Shown one piece after another: positions 28,098-37,219 of a DNA stretch of 64,000 nucleotides. Positions within the stretch are counted from its first letter, which is position 1. The number at the start of each line of letters is the position of its first letter. Source of the DNA: a virus (lineage: Duplodnaviria; Caudoviricetes); IMG/VR virus record IMGVR_UViG_2684623126_000004; one strand, written 5' to 3'. A model generated the notes under the pieces. The model searched no databases and was not told where the DNA came from. It worked only from the letters and a program-made list of their open reading frames with translations. The position numbers and the translations under genes were made by a program.

Positions 28098-28140
28098 ATT
28101 CTCCGGGCCGCAAAATCACGCCAAAGGCGGTTTTTCCGGT
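28098..28140 (-). promoter_or_regulatory. Degenerate late-promoter-like site (D) upstream of MCP
   Basis: CCGGAAAAAC with a -10-like GAGAAT one base off the consensus spacing. Confidence 0.35.
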
Positions 28141-28165
28141 TTTCTACTACCCCGTCCAAGGGGGG

Positions 28166-28336
28166 CTACGACGGGAGCCTTTCGCCGCTCTCGAATTGCT
28201 CGCGCCCGTCCATCGCGTGATGCACGAACAGGCCCGGCTCGTCCTCGTCGGATGTCGAGCGACACCAGCACGAATCGCTAACCTCGTGCTCCCGAAAGTC
28301 GCCCAGCGGGATGATGTGGAGCTGTTCAGGGTTCAT
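28166..28336 (-). CDS. Small His/Cys-containing phage protein
   Basis: 56 aa, HIIPLGDFREHE..CWC..VHHAMDGRE. Confidence 0.55.
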   Translation of the reverse strand: MNPEQLHIIPLGDFREHEVSDSCWCRSTSDEDEPGLFVHHAMDGREQFESGERLPS

Positions 28337-28871
28337 CCGGCGCCCCGTCTTCAATGTCTTCCACCGGCCCGGCGGGCAGGTGCAGGTCGTCGCGGCGGTT
28401 GGTCACATACCGGGTGGTGTATGGCGGGATGTTGGACGTGGTTTCGTAGCCGACGACCTCGAAGGCGATGCGCGCCGGGTTCGGGCCGTCGCCCAGCAGC
28501 ACGTAGATCACGTCGTTGGTGCGCACGTCGAACCACTCCGCGCTGCCCGACGGGCCTTCCGGTTCGATGAGGAAGCGGAACTCGTCGATGCCACCCGTGT
28601 TCGCGTCCTTCCTGTCCATCATCGGCGACGCCCCGAAGGGATCCGCCGGCAAGGCGTAGCCGTTGCCGACGTAGGCGTACTCGAACTGCTCTTCGTCGCC
28701 GGTGTTGAGCACGGCCAGGCCGCCCAGCGTCGGGTTGCCATCCACCGTTTCCTCGCCGGCGCCGGAGCGCGTGACGCTCTTGCGGAAAAGCTGGATGTTG
28801 AAGGCGTTGGGGTGATTGACCACGACATTGCGGGCCATGCGGTTGATTGCTTCGGGCACGTTGTTGAGCAT
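28326..28871 (-). CDS. Putative head-tail joining protein (P1-like)
   Basis: NHPNAFNIQLFRK motif resembles a recalled P1 neck protein; position among head genes. Confidence 0.45.
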   Translation of the reverse strand: MLNNVPEAINRMARNVVVNHPNAFNIQLFRKSVTRSGAGEETVDGNPTLGGLAVLNTGDEEQFEYAYVGNGYALPADPFGASPMMDRKDANTGGIDEFRFLIEPEGPSGSAEWFDVRTNDVIYVLLGDGPNPARIAFEVVGYETTSNIPPYTTRYVTNRRDDLHLPAGPVEDIEDGAPDEP

Positions 28872-28875
28872 CGCT

Positions 28876-29943
28876 CTATCCCTTCTGATTCTGTTGGGCC
28901 TGGGCCAGCAGCTTCATCACCTGATCGGGCGTCATGCCGAACTGGGCGGCCAGGGTCTTTGCCGACGACTGCACGGCGCGGCGGGTTGCGGTCGCCTTCC
29001 TCTTCGGCGGTGGGGGCGCTGCTTTCTTGGCGGCTCGGACAAGCGCGGCGCGCTCCCGTGCGCGCTGGCGCTGGCGCATGGTGGCTTCCACGTCGCGGAT
29101 GCGGGCGGCAGGTTTCCCGGCCAGCTTTTCGGCCTCTTCCTGGGACATCTGCACGCTCACGCGGTTGTTGTCCTGGGCGCGGGCCTTGTCGATCAGCCGG
29201 GCGAGGAAGTTCTGGATGGAAGGTGAGGATTCCACCTCGGCCATGACGCGCAGAATGTGCTTGCAGGCGACGCCGTGCAGGTTCGGGTTGCGCACCTTCG
29301 GGTAGCCCGTCTCGTCGCGCCCGGCGTTGAACTTGCCGATGGTGGCGATGTATCGGAACCAGTAGCGCCAGCGCCCGCAGTCGCACTCGATGCGCAGCGG
29401 TTCCTTGCGCATCCACGCCGCCGACTTCTTACCATCCCCGCGCGCACCGGAGGCGGCGGAGGCGTAGGACAGAAAATCGACGATGACGTGGTGGTGCGAC
29501 ACGTCGGAGTTCGGCCCGGCGTTGGTCATAAACCGCACCTTGCTCCCGTAGGCGGCCACCGGGACGGCGGTGCGAATCTCCGCATTGGCGCGCGCGCGGT
29601 CATCGGGCAGGGACAGGTCAAGCACCTGCCGGGCGCGGATGCCGCCCTTGTAGCGGCCCTGGGCGACACGGACGTTGTGGCGGAACTGCGCCAGGTCGTC
29701 ATGCGTCAGGGGGCGCACATTCCCGCCCATCGTCGTCATCAGCATCCGGTGGGCGTCGTACTCGCCCTGCACGTCCTTGGCGTTGAGGATGACGGACTTG
29801 GGAGATTCGCCGGCGGCGCGGCGCTGGGCGGCATCTTCGGCGGCGCGGGCCTTCTGGTCGGTCGCGGAGCCGCGCAGCTTGGGCAGCCAGCCGCTGGGGC
29901 TGGAACCACCACTGGATCGGCCCGTGGGCTTCTTGGTCGCCAT
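28876..29943 (-). CDS. P1-like morphogenetic protein with SWIM-type Zn motif
   Basis: CDCGRWRYWFRYIAT..PKVRNPNLHGVACKH; basic C-terminal tail. Confidence 0.65.
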   Translation of the reverse strand: MATKKPTGRSSGGSSPSGWLPKLRGSATDQKARAAEDAAQRRAAGESPKSVILNAKDVQGEYDAHRMLMTTMGGNVRPLTHDDLAQFRHNVRVAQGRYKGGIRARQVLDLSLPDDRARANAEIRTAVPVAAYGSKVRFMTNAGPNSDVSHHHVIVDFLSYASAASGARGDGKKSAAWMRKEPLRIECDCGRWRYWFRYIATIGKFNAGRDETGYPKVRNPNLHGVACKHILRVMAEVESSPSIQNFLARLIDKARAQDNNRVSVQMSQEEAEKLAGKPAARIRDVEATMRQRQRARERAALVRAAKKAAPPPPKRKATATRRAVQSSAKTLAAQFGMTPDQVMKLLAQAQQNQKG

Positions 29944-29945
29944 GC

Positions 29946-30284
29946 CTACGCCCCCGCCCAGGACGGCGCGCCAGCTTCGCGCAGGTCGGCGATGGATTCA
30001 AACCCGACGCGGCGCTTGATGGCGATGAGCTGGCCCTCGTTCGGGAGCACGATGCGCTTCTGGGGAAGCGGCTGGTCGATGCTGTCCAGGCCGGCGGCGG
30101 CCATGACCGTCAGGTATTCGTCGCGGCGGCCATAGACGCGCTGGGAAACCAGCGTCAGGTCGAGGGCTTCGTCCGGCTTCGTCTCGTAGTAGATGGCCGT
30201 AGTGTCCCAGGGCTTGACGCTCTCCGCGAACTTGCGGACTTCGCGGTAGAAGGACTTGGCGGCGCGGGTGTCTTGGTCGAGCAT
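29946..30284 (-). CDS. Baseplate wedge LysM/tail-X-like protein (P1 gp26-like)
   Basis: YETKPDEALDLTLVSQRVYG..VMAAAGL..IVLP LysM-like pattern. Confidence 0.6.
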   Translation of the reverse strand: MLDQDTRAAKSFYREVRKFAESVKPWDTTAIYYETKPDEALDLTLVSQRVYGRRDEYLTVMAAAGLDSIDQPLPQKRIVLPNEGQLIAIKRRVGFESIADLREAGAPSWAGA

Positions 30285-30295
30285 GGCCGGGCCTT

Positions 30296-30784
30296 TCAGA
30301 TGGTCAGGATGCCGCCCCCGGCCAGGTGCCGGAAGGCTTCAGCCATGCGGACGGTGCTTTCCACCGTGTCGGAGCGCAAGGCGTACAGGCAGGTCGCCAG
30401 CGCGGCCACCTGCGCGCACGTCACGCTGGCGTTGATGCGGTACTTGGGGCCGCTGGTTTCGATGCCGTCCTGCTCGATGGCATTGCTGGGGTTCGCCCGG
30501 TTTGCCCGGTCGCCGAACACCAGGCGCGGGGCCTTTCCGTCCGCCGCCACGCCGTTCTTCAGGGACTGGAAGGCGGCGATGGCAGGCAGCAGGTCGGCAT
30601 CGGTGAAGAGCTTGTCGCGGGTAATGTCCGGCACGTTGGTCAGGATGGTGCAACCCTCGCGGCGGTCGGCGCGGTATCCGGCCTCGGCGCTCACCACCAG
30701 CACGCGGGCGTCGGTGTCGTAGGCTGAAAACAGGCTGCACGGCTGGCCGCCGTAGCCGGTGAAGGTCGCCTGAATCTGGATCAT
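30296..30784 (-). CDS. Hypothetical protein in the structural operon
   Basis: 162-aa ORF overlapping the upstream gene stop, in operon context. Confidence 0.55.
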   Translation of the reverse strand: MIQIQATFTGYGGQPCSLFSAYDTDARVLVVSAEAGYRADRREGCTILTNVPDITRDKLFTDADLLPAIAAFQSLKNGVAADGKAPRLVFGDRANRANPSNAIEQDGIETSGPKYRINASVTCAQVAALATCLYALRSDTVESTVRMAEAFRHLAGGGILTI

Positions 30785-31581
30785 GCCCCGCCCCCTTCGC
30801 CGCCGGCGTCAGGCGCGGACACGCCGTAGGGTCGGATGTCGGTCGCGCCGCCGTTCGGCCCGGCTTCGCGGCTGGTGATGCCGATTTGCTGCACCACGGG
30901 GTAGCCGGCAGGATCCGCAGCGTCGCCCGGCGTGCCCTTGCCGTCGTTCGGTTCGCCAGCCTTGGGAGCGTCGAAGAGCGGGATTTCCGCGCGCAGGGTG
31001 ATGTCGATGGCGAGTACCGTCAGGTTCTTGGCCTCGGTCGGGATGTTCATGGCTGGCACGTCGGGAAGCTCCACCTGCACGGGCCAGTCCATCGGCTGGC
31101 TGGCGAAGGCGTAGCGCGCCGTGAATCGGCGGTTCGGTGTGGCATCGAGGAACAGGCCGAATTGCGCGGCCAGCGAATGCGCGGTTGGTTCGTCCGTGGC
31201 GAAGATGACGATCTGCGCCCGGATGTCGCCAGCCACGGCGCGCAGGCCGAACATGCGCTCCTTCGGGTCGGTGGGGATGATGACCATTTCCCGGTCGGCC
31301 ACCTGGCGGGTGTAGTCGCGCCCCGTCGGGGTGTAGTCCTTCGCCAGCGCAACGAGGATGGCGGGCATGTCAGGCGGGCGCGTGGGAGCGTCGTGGATGT
31401 CGCTGCGCATCCAGAGGGAAAGCATGTCCTCGGCAGCGTCGATCATGCGGGACGGCGCCCAGGCGATGCTCTTTGCCACCCCGCGCGTGACGTAGCTTTC
31501 CAGCGGCTTCGTGGTCGGGACGAGGGTCGCGTAGAAACGGCCCATGAACAGGCCGAAGGCTTCCTTGACGGGTTGGAGCAT
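30781..31581 (-). CDS. Tail terminator/completion protein (P1 gp24-like)
   Basis: DMPAILVAL..QIVIFATDE..FTARY..LAIDITLRAEIPLF aligns by eye with recalled P1 gp24. Confidence 0.55.
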   Translation of the reverse strand: MLQPVKEAFGLFMGRFYATLVPTTKPLESYVTRGVAKSIAWAPSRMIDAAEDMLSLWMRSDIHDAPTRPPDMPAILVALAKDYTPTGRDYTRQVADREMVIIPTDPKERMFGLRAVAGDIRAQIVIFATDEPTAHSLAAQFGLFLDATPNRRFTARYAFASQPMDWPVQVELPDVPAMNIPTEAKNLTVLAIDITLRAEIPLFDAPKAGEPNDGKGTPGDAADPAGYPVVQQIGITSREAGPNGGATDIRPYGVSAPDAGGEGGGA

Positions 31582-31593
31582 GGGCGCGGCCTA

Positions 31594-32412
31594 TCAGCGG
31601 GTGAACTTGCCGATGAGCCGGCCATACAGCGGGTCGGCGGGCGGCTCTTCCTGCTTCGGCTCCACGAAACGCGGCAGCGCGCCGGCGCTATGGAAGGCGG
31701 CCATGTCGCGCGCCATGCGCTCGCTCACGCCACCGGCCAGCACCAGCGGGGCAATCCCGGCGGCGTCCAGCGCCACACCCGCGTCGATGCCCTTGGCGGC
31801 CAGCATGGACAGAAGCTGCTCGTTCTCGGCGCTCAACCGCTCGATCACCTCGCAGGCCCGCTCGCGCTCGCTATTCGCGGCGTCCAGCAGATGGGCCATG
31901 CCGCGCAACTGCTCGTCGTAGATGGCGGCCTCGATGTCGTCCAGCGTCATGTCGCGCACGTCGTCCAAGGTGTAGCCCCGGTTCGTGCTGTAGTTCGGTT
32001 CCAGCACGTAGTCGAAGCCGAAGAACTCGGGCCGGGTCTGGTCGATGGCGGACGAAAAGCCGCCGGTGCGGCTGGCGTACAGCTTCGCGGCCACTTGGCC
32101 GGAATCGGTATCAAGGAACTCGGCCTGATGCTCGATGGTGCCGTCGTCGTGCGCGCGCAGTAGCGTGGTCACGAGGGCCGGTTCGACGATGGACGGCTTG
32201 CCGCCTTCCAGTCCGCCCTCGGCAGGGTTCAGGCCGAACTTGATGCGCGGCCAATGGCCGTAGTAGCCCTGCATGTCGCGGTTGCGCACGCGCTCTTGGC
32301 AGGCCGGGCCGTTGATGGCGGCGACGATGGCGCGGATGTTGAAATGCCGCTCCTTGCCGCGATACTGCCGGCCCCGCTCTTTCAGGTTGTAGGTGATGAC
32401 GTTGGTTTGCAT
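31594..32412 (-). CDS. pro: Prohead protease (P1 Pro-like)
   Basis: GYYGH, EHQAEFLDT, GGFSSA and FFGFDYVLEPNY motifs of the HK97/P1-type serine prohead protease. Confidence 0.8.
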   Translation of the reverse strand: MQTNVITYNLKERGRQYRGKERHFNIRAIVAAINGPACQERVRNRDMQGYYGHWPRIKFGLNPAEGGLEGGKPSIVEPALVTTLLRAHDDGTIEHQAEFLDTDSGQVAAKLYASRTGGFSSAIDQTRPEFFGFDYVLEPNYSTNRGYTLDDVRDMTLDDIEAAIYDEQLRGMAHLLDAANSERERACEVIERLSAENEQLLSMLAAKGIDAGVALDAAGIAPLVLAGGVSERMARDMAAFHSAGALPRFVEPKQEEPPADPLYGRLIGKFTR

Positions 32413-32439
32413 GGGGAGCCCCCTTTCTTCACTCGCCTG

Positions 32440-32481
32440 ATGGTAGGTCGTGGGCGTCGCCGGGCAGGGTCGCTTTTTCCC
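32440..32481 (-). promoter_or_regulatory. Putative late promoter (site E) upstream of prohead protease
   Basis: GGGAAAAAG followed by TACCAT at the same offset as sites A-C. Confidence 0.6.
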
Positions 32482-32492
32482 GTTCTTGCGGG

Positions 32493-33326
32493 CTACCTGG
32501 TCTTCATCCTCACCTCAAGGCCGCGCAGCAGGCGGTGGGCGGTATCGTGGTTGCAGCCGCCGATGAACTTGCAAACGTCCTCGGCGGTCGGGCTGATTTC
32601 GCTGTTTTCCAGCGCCGCGTAGAGCCGTTCCACCATGTCGGCGTCGTCCGGCTGGCCGTGCCGCGCGACGGTCTGCCCGGCCAGCGCCGCCACCCACAGC
32701 AGGGAGCCCAGCACCTCAAGCAGCATGGCGATCACCACACCAGACCACGTATTCAAAGCCTCGATGGGCAGGCCGGTCACGGCGGTCACGCGCGCCACCA
32801 CGGGATCCACCTCGGCCCCGGCGGCTTCCTGGTCGGTCAGCGCGGTCAGCCGGGCGCGCAGGTCGTTCGCCCTCTTGCCCTGGGCCAGCTCGATTTCCAG
32901 CGCGACGCGGCGCTGGGGGTCTTTCGTGCCGGCGAGGATGCCCGCCACGGTCGCGGCGGAGCGGGCCTTGTTCTGGGAAAGCTCGGCCTCGATGGCGGCG
33001 CGCTGCTCCTGCATGGCGCTGGCCTTGGCGGATGACGCGGCCCGGCCCTCGGCGGCGCCGTGGCTGGCATTGGCGAAGAACCAGATATGCCCCCAGAGCG
33101 CGGCCAGGAAGCAAAGGCACCAGACCGGCCAGACCACCAGTCGGGAGAAGCGGCCTAGCAGCGCGGGAAGCAGATGCACGGCCAGCACGATCACGGACGA
33201 CAGCCCGGCCAGCAGCCATCTATCCACCTCCGCGCCGGCGCGCTGCCATGCGCTCACGACGGCCATAGACACGGCCAGGCCAGTGACGGCCACGGCAAAG
33301 ATGCGGGTAATTGCGTCCTTCATCAT
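32493..33326 (-). CDS. DdrA-like membrane protein (3 TM, coiled coil, TM, C-terminal wHTH-like)
   Basis: Architecture and segment VTGLPIEALNTWSGVVIAMLLE resemble P1 DdrA. Confidence 0.5.
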   Translation of the reverse strand: MMKDAITRIFAVAVTGLAVSMAVVSAWQRAGAEVDRWLLAGLSSVIVLAVHLLPALLGRFSRLVVWPVWCLCFLAALWGHIWFFANASHGAAEGRAASSAKASAMQEQRAAIEAELSQNKARSAATVAGILAGTKDPQRRVALEIELAQGKRANDLRARLTALTDQEAAGAEVDPVVARVTAVTGLPIEALNTWSGVVIAMLLEVLGSLLWVAALAGQTVARHGQPDDADMVERLYAALENSEISPTAEDVCKFIGGCNHDTAHRLLRGLEVRMKTR

Positions 33327-33336
33327 CGGGTTTCTC

Positions 33337-34911
33337 CTACACGTCGGCGAACATTTCGGCGGCCTTCTTCGATACCTCGTCGGTCAGGCTGTTCGTCAAT
33401 TCCCCGGCGCTGTCGCTCACCATGTAGGTAGCGCCTTCGAGGTATGCAAAGCTCATGGCGTCGATCAAGTCAGGGGACTTGATGCCCTCGCGCCGCATGT
33501 CCTCCTTGGACATCATCACGTAGCGCAGGCCGCCGGCCTCGCTGAAGTGGTACGGCAGCCGGGAGCCCTGGTCGATGATCTTCTCGCGCAGCTTCTTGGA
33601 AATGCCCTGCGGCAGCACCACGCGGCCCTGCCGGACGGCATCACGGAAGCGCACCATCGCGCACGCGCGCAGGTTGTAGAACCGGCTCTTGTATTCGTTC
33701 TTGAAGCAAGGGATGCCCCAATTCACCCGAACCACCGTGGCGCCGGAACGCTCGATCAGCTTGCACACGGTCGCGCCGACGCCGCCAGCATCCACGTACA
33801 GCGTGGCGTTGGACAGCTTGCCCACCAGATTCACCAGGTCGCCGGCCAGGTCGATTTCGTTCTTGTCGTTGGCCGCGATGGGGATTTCGATGTATTCCAC
33901 GCGGCGCGCGTCCGGCCCGTGGTCGGTGTCGCCGATGATCTTGGCGACGATGGCAACCGAATCGTCGCGGTACTCGCCCAAGGCCACGTCGGACAGCACC
34001 ACCAGGCCGAAGGGTTCGTCGTCGGCGATCAGCTTGCGCGGCTCGAAGGCGGCCTCGATGTCGGCGCGGGTCAGAAGGACATTGCTGCTGCTTTGGGCGA
34101 ACAGGCCCAGCACGCGGATCTGGTATTCGACGGAACTGCGCCCGCCGCTCTCGTTCGCCCGCTCGCGCAGCCATTGGGTCGTGACGAAGGGCGACAGCTC
34201 GGAATTGAAGCGCAGCGCGTGCCAGCTTCCCCCGTTCTCGCGCTTCAGCGTGTGGTGCGAATCGTAGAAGCGCCCAGCGTTGCGCGCCCCCTGCGACGCC
34301 ATGAGCGTGCGGTTCCCGCCCTGGGTCTGGGTGCCGTCGATCACGTCGAAGTGGTCGTCGGACACGCCGGCTGCTTCGTCGATGATGATGAGCTGCCAGT
34401 AGCGGTGCTTACCCGCTACCCCGATGGCCTCGCCCTTCTTCATTGCGATCTGGGTGATGAACCACTGCTCGGCGAACCCATTCACATGCACGCGGGTCTT
34501 CGTGATGGTGAAAAAGTCGTTCAGCCAGGCGTGCGGCCCGTTGGCGATGGCGATGCGGGCATCCTGCATTTCCTTCCAGATGCCGTCGGCAACCTGCTGG
34601 ATGAACGGCGCGCCGATGTAGGTGTTGCTGCCCACCTCCACCTTGCCGTCATAGACCGCCACAGGGAAGCAGAGCAAGTGCCAGAGCGCGATGCGCGCGA
34701 AGCTGGCCGTCTTGCCGGTGCCGGTGCCGGACACCACGGACACCTTGGCATTCTCCGGCGTGATGGCCTGGAACAAATCCATCTGGTCGGCGCTGGGCAT
34801 GAAGCCCGTCACCTCCACGGCGAAGCGCAGCGGGTCGGCGTGATACCGCTCCACGAACTCCGCGTAGCGCGGGTCTTCCAGCAGGTTCCGGTTCCTCTTC
34901 TTGGCCGCCAT
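33337..34911 (-). CDS. pacB: Terminase large subunit (P1 PacB-like)
   Basis: Walker A SGTGTGKT, Walker B IIIDEAAG, nuclease acidic residues (LSDVA, YVDAGGVG, SPDLID); start at ATG 34911. Confidence 0.9.
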   Translation of the reverse strand: MAAKKRNRNLLEDPRYAEFVERYHADPLRFAVEVTGFMPSADQMDLFQAITPENAKVSVVSGTGTGKTASFARIALWHLLCFPVAVYDGKVEVGSNTYIGAPFIQQVADGIWKEMQDARIAIANGPHAWLNDFFTITKTRVHVNGFAEQWFITQIAMKKGEAIGVAGKHRYWQLIIIDEAAGVSDDHFDVIDGTQTQGGNRTLMASQGARNAGRFYDSHHTLKRENGGSWHALRFNSELSPFVTTQWLRERANESGGRSSVEYQIRVLGLFAQSSSNVLLTRADIEAAFEPRKLIADDEPFGLVVLSDVALGEYRDDSVAIVAKIIGDTDHGPDARRVEYIEIPIAANDKNEIDLAGDLVNLVGKLSNATLYVDAGGVGATVCKLIERSGATVVRVNWGIPCFKNEYKSRFYNLRACAMVRFRDAVRQGRVVLPQGISKKLREKIIDQGSRLPYHFSEAGGLRYVMMSKEDMRREGIKSPDLIDAMSFAYLEGATYMVSDSAGELTNSLTDEVSKKAAEMFADV

Positions 34912-34918
34912 GATGCGC

Positions 34919-36121
34919 CTAGCTGCCCGTGGATTCCGGCTCTTGCAGCGGCTGCCCGTCCTCACCGCCGCCCGCCGGCGTGGCATCCTCGATCAGGCCG
35001 CGCTCGGACAGCACCGCCGCCTGCCGCGTGCGCGCCTGGTGCATCTTGTCCTCGTAGATGCGGTAGAGGTCTTCGCCCGACACCATGTTGATATTGACCT
35101 CGACATCCTTCTCCTTGAACAGGCCCAGCGCGCGCGCCAGGTTGTCCATCGCCTTCTCTTTGGACAGCATCAATACCTCGATGCCCTCCTTGCCCACCTT
35201 GACGCCGCAATAGACGAGGCGCGCCGCCGGCGACAGGTTGCGGGTGTCGTTGAAGAACACTTCCTCGATGCCGTGGCCGTGGCACTCCGGGCAGTCCTCG
35301 TGCGGGGCCTTGCGCTTGTCATACCAAGCGTCGGTGTAGTCAGGGAACTCGCCGATGTCGTCGGCACTGTCCGCCTTCTTCCGGCGGGCGCGCTCCCGGT
35401 CGTGCTTCTTCTTGGCCTCTTCCAGGCCGGACGGGGTGTATTGCCGGGCATGGCCCTCGCCCCAGCAGTACGGGCAACAGACCCGGCGAAGCTGGGAGAT
35501 TTCGTTCGCGTCGAACGTGACGATGGCGGCCCACAGGCGCATGAGTTCGTCGCCGTCGATTCCCAGCCGGCGGGCGCGGGCCGTGGCGAGGGTGACGATG
35601 GCCTGGCTCACCTTCGGATTTTGTAGAAGCTGCCAGCCCTGCGTCATCGCGCTCTTGGGGCTGTATCCGGCCCTGATTGCCGCTGCCGATGCGTTCCAAT
35701 CCACAAGGTATTCGCGCACGAAGATTTCTTGCTGGTCGGTCAGGTCGGCGAACACTCCGAACTCGTCCGGGTCGCGCTCCACGGCCTGCATGGTCGTAGC
35801 CGGCAAGGTTTCGATGGTTTCTCCGGCGATGGTTTCGCCCTTCTCGGAAACCATGCGGCCAGAAACCTTTGCCTTCGGCTTCCCGCTCTTGCCGGTCTTT
35901 GCTTTGGTTTCGATGGTTTCGGGCGTAGGTTTCTCGCCCGGCAGGTGCAGCGGGGACTTCTTCAGCCAGCCGTCGGCGGTCGCGCGCTTGCGCACGGCAG
36001 GCGCGGAGACGGGCAGTTCCATTTCGGCCACCAGCCAGGTGTAGCCGTCGCGGGGGTCGTTCTCCCACTTGGCGCGAACAGCAGTCCACTTCTGCGGGGA
36101 GAGCTTCGGGGGTGCAGCCAT
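34919..36121 (-). CDS. pacA: Terminase small subunit with Zn-finger insert (PacA-like)
   Basis: N-terminal HTH, LTDQQEIFVREYLVDWNASAAAIRAGYS (Terminase_2), CCPYCWG...CPECHGHG. Confidence 0.85.
   Translation of the reverse strand: MAAPPKLSPQKWTAVRAKWENDPRDGYTWLVAEMELPVSAPAVRKRATADGWLKKSPLHLPGEKPTPETIETKAKTGKSGKPKAKVSGRMVSEKGETIAGETIETLPATTMQAVERDPDEFGVFADLTDQQEIFVREYLVDWNASAAAIRAGYSPKSAMTQGWQLLQNPKVSQAIVTLATARARRLGIDGDELMRLWAAIVTFDANEISQLRRVCCPYCWGEGHARQYTPSGLEEAKKKHDRERARRKKADSADDIGEFPDYTDAWYDKRKAPHEDCPECHGHGIEEVFFNDTRNLSPAARLVYCGVKVGKEGIEVLMLSKEKAMDNLARALGLFKEKDVEVNINMVSGEDLYRIYEDKMHQARTRQAAVLSERGLIEDATPAGGGEDGQPLQEPESTGS
35807..35933. repeat. Cluster of eight GAAACC/GGTTTC hexamers inside terS (pac-like)
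   Basis: GGTTTC at 35807, 35816, 35831, 35906, 35915, 35928; GAAACC at 35847, 35862. Confidence 0.7.
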
Positions 36122-36143
36122 ACGGATCTCGTCTTCTTCAAGG

Positions 36144-36770
36144 TCAGAGCGCCAGGCTCAATTGATGGGTCTGCGGGGCGGCGACGGCACACTCCATGCG
36201 GAACCGCTCCATCTTGGTCTTCGCCGCCTTGGCGGAATCGCTGGCGCGCTCCACGGCGGACACCAGCCGGGAGCCGGCGCGCATTTCCTCGAACGCGGGG
36301 TTGAGCTCGGCGAACCGGGCCAGGGCGACGCTGGCATCCTCGGACGCGGCCAGCATGACGGCCACGGCATCGGTCAGGGTCTGCACCCGGTCATGCAGAC
36401 GCTTGAGGGTTTCCATGTCCCGCTGGCGCAGCTTGTCGAAGGTGTCGAACATCCAGGCGGACACTTCCCGCTCTTGGGTCATCCGGGCGCCCACCTCCCA
36501 GTCATCGGTAGCACCGAACAGGAAGTCCACGGACACCTCATACACGCGCGCTGCGCGCACGATGAGCCACAGTGGCACGGAGTTGGTATCCGTCGCCAGC
36601 TCCACCTTCGACAGCTTCGAGGGGTTCGCATACCCCAGACGACGCGCTGCCGCGCTCTGGGACAGGTTGCACAGTTCCCGCGCCGCGCGCATCCGGGCAC
36701 CGATGGTCTTGACCGCCGCCGCCTGCTCTTGGCGCGTGGTCAGGGACATGGTTTTCTTCTCTGTTGCCAT
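36144..36770 (-). CDS. XRE-family HTH regulator upstream of terminase
   Basis: IGARMRAARELCNLSQSAAARRLGY..LSKVE..AARVYEVSVDFLFG; C-terminal coiled coil; ATG at 36770. Confidence 0.8.
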   Translation of the reverse strand: MATEKKTMSLTTRQEQAAAVKTIGARMRAARELCNLSQSAAARRLGYANPSKLSKVELATDTNSVPLWLIVRAARVYEVSVDFLFGATDDWEVGARMTQEREVSAWMFDTFDKLRQRDMETLKRLHDRVQTLTDAVAVMLAASEDASVALARFAELNPAFEEMRAGSRLVSAVERASDSAKAAKTKMERFRMECAVAAPQTHQLSLAL

Positions 36771-36772
36771 CG

Positions 36773-37219
36773 TTACACCCTCCTGATAGTCCAGCCGCCG
36801 CCCGCCTTCTTCGCCTGCTTTTGGCAGAGGAAGAACCGGAACGGGAACATGCCGGCGGCCACCTTCAATTTCAGCCACCCGTCTTCGCGGATGAATCCGC
36901 CCTTCGTTTCATGCACCTCCAAGGCCCCGTCGGCCAGCATCACCAGGAAGTCCGGCGTGTAGCGCGTGTTGTCCGCCAGCTTCAGGGTCATGGCTTCGTA
37001 GGCCCACCACTGGATTTCCCCGCTCACGCGGCGGGCTTCCAGCATCTGGGCGTACTCGGCCTCGGTCTTGTTCATGTCGGGCTCGCGCACAGTGCCCGTG
37101 GCCACGGGGAGCGCGACGGCCTGTCCGCCTTCGGCCACACCGGCGCGGGCGGGCTCCGCCGCGCGCTTCTGGTGTGCGGCAAGCTGCTCTTCCGTCCAGC
37201 GCAAGGTATTCGCGGCCAT
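36773..37219 (-). CDS. PD-(D/E)XK endonuclease (DUF1064-like)
   Basis: MNKTEAEY..YTPDFLV..HETKGG..KLK; TGATG overlap with the upstream gene. Confidence 0.75.
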   Translation of the reverse strand: MAANTLRWTEEQLAAHQKRAAEPARAGVAEGGQAVALPVATGTVREPDMNKTEAEYAQMLEARRVSGEIQWWAYEAMTLKLADNTRYTPDFLVMLADGALEVHETKGGFIREDGWLKLKVAAGMFPFRFFLCQKQAKKAGGGWTIRRV

